In this document: piece by piece, positions 55,995-64,000 of the stretch
Layout of the letters: every line of letters begins with the position of its first letter
Position numbering within the stretch: the first letter of the stretch is position 1
Assembly: GCA_036004865.1 (NCBI GenBank)
Contig: DASYQZ010000046.1
Coordinates: 11,473-75,472 of the forward strand
Source of the DNA: Vicinamibacterales bacterium
Lineage (GTDB): Bacteria; Acidobacteriota; Vicinamibacteria; Vicinamibacterales; CAVVIG01
DNA: 64,000 nucleotides
Direction of reading: 5' to 3'
Program-made: the position numbers and the translations under genes
The notes under the pieces: generated by a model
Told to the model about the DNA's origin: nothing
Databases searched by the model: none
Seen by the model: the letters and a program-made list of their open reading frames with translations, nothing else

Positions 55995-56597
55995 TTACGG
56001 AACGATCACCGTATCGCCCGACCGCAGGTAAAACGGCTTCGCATCGCCGTTGATCACGTCCTTGTAGTTGAACCGGATCGTGTCGATGCCGCCGCGGTTC
56101 GGCCGCAGCACCTTCACGTCCTTCGTGTTCGCGAACTCCTTGAAGCCGCCGGCCATCGCGAGTGCCTGGAGAATCGTGGTCGGCCCGTGGAGCTGCATCG
56201 TGCCGGGGTGCGTCACCTCGCCCATCACGAACACCTGCGACGCGAGCGCTTCGACGACGATGACCGTGACCGTCGGGTTGTTGATGTAGTCCTTCAGCGA
56301 CTTCGCGATGGTGTCGCGGAGTTCGATTGGCGTCCGGCCGGTCGCTTCCATGTCGCCGACGAGCGGCAGCGTGATCTTGCCGTCGGGGCGCACCTGCACC
56401 GACTGTGAGAGCTGCGCATCCTTGTAGACCTCGATGCGCAGCTTGTCGCCGGGGCCGACCTTGTACTCGTCGTTGACCGGGGCGAGCGCCTGCGCCTTGG
56501 CTTTCTTGTCGGCGTCCTTGTCGTCCTTGGCGGCGAGCGGCGCCGCGGCGAGGCACGCCGCGAACAGGGCGGTGGAGAACGTGAGCGTCTGCTTCAT
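55995..56597 (-). CDS. Polysaccharide export protein (Wza-like, Poly_export plus SLBB)
   Basis: Signal peptide, then YKVGPGDKLRIEVY..VRPDGKITLPLVGD. Confidence 0.85.
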   Translation of the reverse strand: MKQTLTFSTALFAACLAAAPLAAKDDKDADKKAKAQALAPVNDEYKVGPGDKLRIEVYKDAQLSQSVQVRPDGKITLPLVGDMEATGRTPIELRDTIAKSLKDYINNPTVTVIVVEALASQVFVMGEVTHPGTMQLHGPTTILQALAMAGGFKEFANTKDVKVLRPNRGGIDTIRFNYKDVINGDAKPFYLRSGDTVIVP

Positions 56598-56609
56598 GGC
56601 TGTTCTACC

Positions 56610-57089
56610 TCAGTTATTTTCCATGGGCGTTTTGATGCCGCCGCGCCAGTTCACGAGCGGGCGCGACATGGCGGTGCGCTTCAGCGAATCGGCGTCGACC
56701 GCGTGGGTCGGGTAGCAGGCGGCGCCGACCGCGATCCGCATCTGCGTGGCGAACTCGTAGTTCTCGATCCGCGAGACCAGGCGATCGATGACGCGCGTCG
56801 AGTGCTCGAAGTCGGCGTCGAGCAGCACGACGGCGAGCGTCCCTTTGTCGGTGTGGCCGATCAGGTCCGTGTCGCGGACCTCCTTGCCGATGATCTCGGC
56901 CACCTCGTGCACCGTGCCGTCGTCGGCGGTCACCAGCACGCCGTCCCACTCGCGCGCCGCCTCCACGGTCACCAGCGTCAGAAAGTTCTGGGACCGGACC
57001 GCGCGCTTGAGCTCGGAGTCCAGCACGAATTCGAAGGCGCCGGGCGTGAGGAGCTTCGACCCCTCTTCGTAAAAGGAACTGCTCGTCAT
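56610..57089 (-). CDS. Degenerate GGDEF-like domain protein (GGDEF replaced by DKGTL)
   Basis: Colinear with a GGDEF fold (F..VLDSELKRAVRSQNFLTLVTVE ... VRDTDLIGHTDKGTLAVVLLDAD ... IAVGAACYP), but the catalytic motif is absent. Confidence 0.6.
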   Translation of the reverse strand: MTSSSFYEEGSKLLTPGAFEFVLDSELKRAVRSQNFLTLVTVEAAREWDGVLVTADDGTVHEVAEIIGKEVRDTDLIGHTDKGTLAVVLLDADFEHSTRVIDRLVSRIENYEFATQMRIAVGAACYPTHAVDADSLKRTAMSRPLVNWRGGIKTPMENN

Positions 57090-57103
57090 TGTTTCCAGGG
57101 CCT

Positions 57104-58672
<1,569 letters not shown>

Positions 58673-58685
58673 GCGGGCCTGTTGA

Positions 58686-58700
58686 GCAATGCCAGTGCCA
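58686..58700 (-). promoter_or_regulatory. sigma-54 promoter, perfect core TGGCACTGGCATTGC
   Basis: Matches TGGCAC-N5-TTGC on the minus strand. There are 13 nt from the -12 C to GTG 58672 and 16 nt to ATG 58669. Confidence 0.6.
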
Positions 58701-58866
58701 GAAGTGTAAAAAATTGGCGATGTTGGCGAAACCGGAGGGTTTATTCGACGGACAGCGCGCTCAGCGGGAGGAAATTCGGAGGACGCGAGGAAGGAAAGTT
58801 CTCAGAGTAGAACGGCGGCGGGTTCTTTACAGTCCCGCCACTGCTTACTCAGCGTGACATCCACCT

Positions 58867-60378
<1,512 letters not shown>

Positions 60379-60384
60379 GTCTGA

Positions 60385-61107
60385 CTACTCCGTAACCGGC
60401 AGGGAGATGATAGCGGACCCGCGCGCCAGCGCGTCGCGCGGTTCACTGCCGTCGGCCGCGCCGTCGGCGGCAGCAGGCGACCAGACGCGGCCGCCGTGAC
60501 CTTCGATGACCCGCCGCGCGAGCGGCAGCGCCAGCCCGAGGCCGCCCCGCTTTTCATCGAACGGTCCGGGGACGCGCTCGTATGCCGCCTGTACGCTCGA
60601 TTCGTCGGCGATGACGACCACCGCGGCCATGACGCCGCCGCGCGCGTCGAGGCGGCGCTCCGCGATGACGGTGGCAGGGCCGGGCTTTTCCCGCAGAATT
60701 GCCCGAAAAATCGCATCGAATGCGCTGCGCAGCCGGGTCGCGTCGCCTGACACCCGCGCGCCCGCACGTTCGCCGCGCACCTCGAGCCGCACATCGCGAT
60801 CCCTCGCCTCTTGCACGAGCTCGGCCACTTCGCCGACCAGCGTGAAGACGTCGACCGGCTGGCGCACGAAGACGATCAGCCCCGCATCGAGCTTCGAGAT
60901 GTCGCTCAGTTCGCCGATCAGCGCAACGAGCCGGCCGCACGATTTCTCGGCCTCGTCGATCATCTTGCGCTGGCGCTCGGTCAGGTTCGCCTCAGGATCC
61001 CGCTGCAGCATGCGGAGATATCCACCCACGACGCTGGCCGGCGTCCGGAATTCGTGGACGGCGAGCGAGAGGAGTTGGGGATACCCGTGTTTGGACGCGG
61101 TCGACAT
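60385..61107 (-). CDS. Soluble histidine kinase (HisKA plus HATPase_c only, no sensor domain)
   Basis: H-box LAVHEFRTP and G-box GGLGLALPLARR. 240 aa with no TM helices. Confidence 0.8.
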   Translation of the reverse strand: MSTASKHGYPQLLSLAVHEFRTPASVVGGYLRMLQRDPEANLTERQRKMIDEAEKSCGRLVALIGELSDISKLDAGLIVFVRQPVDVFTLVGEVAELVQEARDRDVRLEVRGERAGARVSGDATRLRSAFDAIFRAILREKPGPATVIAERRLDARGGVMAAVVVIADESSVQAAYERVPGPFDEKRGGLGLALPLARRVIEGHGGRVWSPAAADGAADGSEPRDALARGSAIISLPVTE

Positions 61108-61480
61108 AGGGAACCCGGCGTCGGCGGATGAGCTGCTTCCGCGTCGCCGACCAGCGCACGCGCCTCGATACATCTCATCGGCGGAGCGCGCACGGTTGAG
61201 CGTAGCACAACGGCGGTGCGCCACCCGCGGCGTCGCCAACTTGTGAAAACTCGTTCCGCGCAATGCCTCGCGCCGGCCGCCGCCACGGCGGCGGCGGCGG
61301 CGCGTACGGGGCACGAACTCGCGTCTTTTTCATTGAGATCTGCGCGGCGCGCGCATGCGCGTGGCCAATCGACCACCGTGGCATCTTGCTTGTAAATCTG
61401 TTCGTGAGCGGGCGATACGGTCGACCTGACGATCGTCCGCGGAGCACGAATCCAGGTCGTCGTGGTTAGAGTGCGGGGAA

Positions 61481-61789
61481 ATGCGTAAACGAACCAGAGT
61501 TCTGCTGCTCGCGGCCGTCGTCGCCGCGTTCGTCGTGCCGGTCAGCTTCGCGTGGTCGATCGATTCCGGCAACGTACAAAGTCCAGTCGGTCATCTTCCA
61601 GCGGCCGCAGTCGCCGCCTCGACTGCCGCCAGCGTGACCTCGTCGGTCGTCATCGCCGCGCCGGCGCCAACCAACATCGCCGGCCCGCGGTCCGGCGCCG
61701 GCTCGCTGCACGTACCCGATTCTGCGAAGCTGCTGCTCGTGGGGACGGTGCTGTTCGGGCTCGCGGCATTCGTGCGCAGAGCCATTTGA
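61481..61789 (+). CDS. Small secreted protein with a PEP-CTERM-like C-terminal sorting signal (VPDS variant)
   Basis: Signal peptide MRKRTRVLLLAAVVAAFVVPVSFA. Ala/Ser/Val-rich middle region. C-terminus VPDSAKLLLVGTVLFGLAAFVRRAI, read as motif, TM helix and basic cluster. Confidence 0.5.
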   Translation: MRKRTRVLLLAAVVAAFVVPVSFAWSIDSGNVQSPVGHLPAAAVAASTAASVTSSVVIAAPAPTNIAGPRSGAGSLHVPDSAKLLLVGTVLFGLAAFVRRAI

Positions 61790-61835
61790 AAGTCTGAAGT
61801 CTGAAGTCTAAAGTCTGAAGTTCAGACTTCAGACG
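61786..61835. repeat. Palindromic periodic-unit element, GAAGTCT family, copy 2 (asymmetric arms)
   Basis: TTGAAAGTCTGAAGTCTGAAGTCTAAAGTCTGAAG / TTCAGACTTCAGACG. It starts inside the stop codon region of ORF 61481-61789. Confidence 0.85.
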
Positions 61836-61838
61836 TTC

Positions 61839-62519
61839 GTGATCTCCGTCATCATTCCGGTCTATCGGGATACCGACGCGCTGGCACGCACACTTCAGAA
61901 AACTGACTTTGGCGGCGCCGAGGTCGCCGAGGTCATCGTGGCCTCGACGCGCGAGGATGCGGAGTCGCTCGCGCCGCTGCGCGCCGCGCATCCCGGCGTT
62001 CTCTGGATCGACGCGCCGCGGGGACGCGCGTCGCAGATGAACGCGGGCGCGGCGAAGGCCTCCGGATCGTGGCTTCTGTTCCTGCATGCCGACACACGAT
62101 TGCCCGGCGGCTGGCCGTCGGCCATCGCCGATGCGGAGCGGCGCGCCGGCGTCGTGTTCGGCTGTTTCCGCTTTGCGCTCGATTCGCCGCGGGCCATCGC
62201 GCGCGCGATCGAAATCGGCGTTCGCGTGCGCGTCGCGTTGTTCGGCCTGCCCTACGGCGATCAGGCGATTTTCGTGCGGCGCGAGACCTTCGACGCGATC
62301 GGCGGCTATTCGGCGCTGCCGATTATGGAAGATGTGGACCTGGTGAGGCGCCTCGGTGCAACCGGGCGGCTGTGGCCGGCATCCTACGTAGCGGTCATTT
62401 CAGCGCGGCGCTGGGAGCGTCTCGGCTGGTTCCGGGTTACCGCTCAGCATCTGCGTCTGATCGTCTTGTATTTCCTCGGCGTCGCGCCCGAACGGTTAAA
62501 ATGTTCCCATGCTGATTAA
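61839..62519 (+). CDS. Glycosyltransferase family 2, rSAM/selenodomain-associated (arsenosugar-type) subfamily-like
   Basis: [21 protein letters not shown] and [32 protein letters not shown] start. Confidence 0.7.
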   Translation: MISVIIPVYRDTDALARTLQKTDFGGAEVAEVIVASTREDAESLAPLRAAHPGVLWIDAPRGRASQMNAGAAKASGSWLLFLHADTRLPGGWPSAIADAERRAGVVFGCFRFALDSPRAIARAIEIGVRVRVALFGLPYGDQAIFVRRETFDAIGGYSALPIMEDVDLVRRLGATGRLWPASYVAVISARRWERLGWFRVTAQHLRLIVLYFLGVAPERLKCSHAD

Positions 62520-63483
62520 GCCCGCGTCGGACATCCGGAGCTCGGAAATCACCGACAAAAAGCTCTATCTGAACCGGCGCGAGTTCATCCGTGCCGGCGC
62601 AATCACGGGCGCCACCGCCGCGGCTGCTGCGAGCGGGATTCTCGGAGCGGGAGCGTTGCTCGAGGCCAAGGGCGCGCCGCACGGGCGCAAGGTGCCGAAC
62701 ATCAAGAAGGGCTTCGCGCTCAACGCGACCGACAAGCTGAACGCGTGGGAAGACATCACCAGCTACAACAACTACTACGAGTTCGGCATCGACAAATCCG
62801 ACCCCGCCGAGTACGCGAAAAACTTCAAGACCGAGCCGTGGAAAGTGACGGTCGAGGGAGAGTGCGCGAAGAAAGGCGTGATGGACCTCGAGGACGTGCT
62901 CAAGGGGGAAACGCTCGAGGAGCGCGTCTACCGTCACCGCTGCGTCGAAGCGTGGTCGATGATCATTCCGTGGGTCGGCTTCCCGCTGGCCAACTTCATC
63001 ACGCGCTGCGAGCCGACGTCGAAGGCGAAATACGTCGAGTTCTACACGTTGTACGACCCGAAGCAGATGCCGGGCACGCGCTCGCCAGTGCTGCGCTGGC
63101 CGTACGTCGAAGGGCTGCGGATGGACGAAGCGATGCATCCGCTGACGATCCTCGTCGCGGGTCTCTATGACGAGGTGCTGCCGAACCAGGACGGCGCGCC
63201 GCTGCGGCTCGCGGTCCCCTGGAAGTACGGGTTCAAGCACATCAAGTCGATCGTCAAGGTGCGGTTCGTCGAGAAGCAGCCGCTGAACTCCTGGCAGTTG
63301 CAGGCGCCGGACGAATACGGCTTTTACGCGAATGTGAACCCCGGCGTCGATCATCCGCGCTGGAGTCAGAGCACCGAGCGACGCATCGGCGAGTTCCTCC
63401 GCCGCAGGACGCTGATGTTCAACGGCTACGGCGATCAGGTCGCCTCACTTTACACTGGACTCGATCTTCGGCGGAATTACTGA
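62509..63483 (+). CDS. msrP: Protein-methionine-sulfoxide reductase catalytic subunit
   Basis: Tat leader [22 protein letters not shown]. Colinear with YedY/MsrP ([30 protein letters not shown]). Confidence 0.9.
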   Translation: MLIKPASDIRSSEITDKKLYLNRREFIRAGAITGATAAAAASGILGAGALLEAKGAPHGRKVPNIKKGFALNATDKLNAWEDITSYNNYYEFGIDKSDPAEYAKNFKTEPWKVTVEGECAKKGVMDLEDVLKGETLEERVYRHRCVEAWSMIIPWVGFPLANFITRCEPTSKAKYVEFYTLYDPKQMPGTRSPVLRWPYVEGLRMDEAMHPLTILVAGLYDEVLPNQDGAPLRLAVPWKYGFKHIKSIVKVRFVEKQPLNSWQLQAPDEYGFYANVNPGVDHPRWSQSTERRIGEFLRRRTLMFNGYGDQVASLYTGLDLRRNY

Positions 63484-63677
63484 CATTGAGGATTGCGGAT
63501 TGCGGATTGCGGATTTATTGACGATTGCGCGATTGTTGATTGTCGATTCGATCGGGGTTTTGCGGTGCGTTTGGTCGGGGATGACCTCGGCGACGTCGTC
63601 AATCAACAATGAGCAATCGCAATCATCAATGACAAATCGACAATAAATCCGCAATCCGCAATCCTCAATCCGCAATG
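63484..63677. repeat. CGGATTG-family palindromic element, long form
   Basis: CATTGAGGATTGCGGATTGCGGATTGCGGATTTATTGACGATTGCGCGATTGTTGATTGTCGATTCGATCGGGG ... CAATAAATCCGCAATCCGCAATCCTCAATCCGCAATG. Its last ATG is the msrQ start. Confidence 0.9.
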
Positions 63678-64000
63678 ACGATTCGTTTTCTCAAGGTTGT
63701 CGTCTTTGTAGCAGCCCTCGGTCCCGTCGCGTGGCTCGTGTGGGCCGCGCTCACGAATAATCTCAGCGCGAACCCGCTCGAAGACATCACCCACGAAACC
63801 GGCGTCTGGGCGCTGCGCCTCCTCTGCGCCACGCTCGCGATGACGCCGCTGCGGCGGCTCACCGGCTGGAATGCGATCATCAGGTTCCGGCGTATGAGCG
63901 GGTTATTCGCGTTCTTCTACGGCGTGGTGCACTTCCTCATCTACGTCATCGCCGACCGCTTCGCCGGCCTCGACTTTCCCGGCGGCGAAGTCACGTGGTC
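63675..64000 (+). CDS. msrQ: Protein-methionine-sulfoxide reductase heme-binding subunit (3' end outside window)
   Basis: Not in the ORF track because the frame stays open to the window end. My translation reads MTIRFLKVVVFVAALGPVAWLVW...NPLEDITHETGVWALRLLCATLAMTPLRR...GLFAFFYGVVHFLIY, which is YedZ-like. Confidence 0.8.
   Translation, partial: MTIRFLKVVVFVAALGPVAWLVWAALTNNLSANPLEDITHETGVWALRLLCATLAMTPLRRLTGWNAIIRFRRMSGLFAFFYGVVHFLIYVIADRFAGLDFPGGEVTW

Noticed and set aside
61379-61393. TGGCATCTTGCTTGT upstream of the PEP-CTERM-like gene as a sigma-54 promoter.
   Set aside because: The -12 position reads TTGT, so the invariant GC is missing. The internal TTGC is at the wrong spacing from GG.

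Overview
High-GC bacterial chromosomal segment. The gene content and repeat types suggest Acidobacteriota, but that is only a guess. All family calls rest on motifs read by eye, with no searches run.

Layout:
- 1-16.7 kb, mixed genes: the 3' end of a TonB-dependent receptor; a PLD-like protein; two translationally coupled radical-SAM genes; a gluconate-dehydrogenase-subunit-3-like plus GMC oxidoreductase pair; a cysH-cysN-cysD-tauE sulfate assimilation operon; DoxX; a LytS/LytTR two-component pair whose regulator is frameshifted; a secreted triple-RidA protein; DUF309; a SET-domain protein; a YqiA-like esterase; and SpoIID.
- 16.9-61.1 kb, one exopolysaccharide locus of about 44 kb, almost entirely on the minus strand. 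It has the gene set associated with XrtA/PEP-CTERM systems. Core machinery: priming sugar transferase, Wza-like exporter, chain-length determinant, CapB-like ATPase, OM barrel candidate, ExeA-like ATPase, flippase and polymerase. Sugar modification: three AsnB-like amidotransferases, GT4 and GT2 transferases, two uronic-acid-forming dehydrogenases, two TagF-like phosphotransferases, a heparinase II/III-like protein and a deacetylase. A VapBC module is embedded in it. At its head sit an orphan histidine kinase, two sigma-54-dependent response regulators and a degenerate GGDEF protein.
- No exosortase is visible in the window.
- Right end: a small PEP-CTERM-like protein, a GT2, msrP and a truncated msrQ.

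Non-genic highlights:
- Several families of palindromic elements whose arms are tandem 7-9 nt units. They sit in short intergenic spacers and also inside ORF ends.
- Sigma-54-type -24/-12 boxes placed 12-19 nt from start codons.
- Three apparent frame disruptions.
- 4-nt ATGA/GTGA stop-start overlaps link many adjacent genes.
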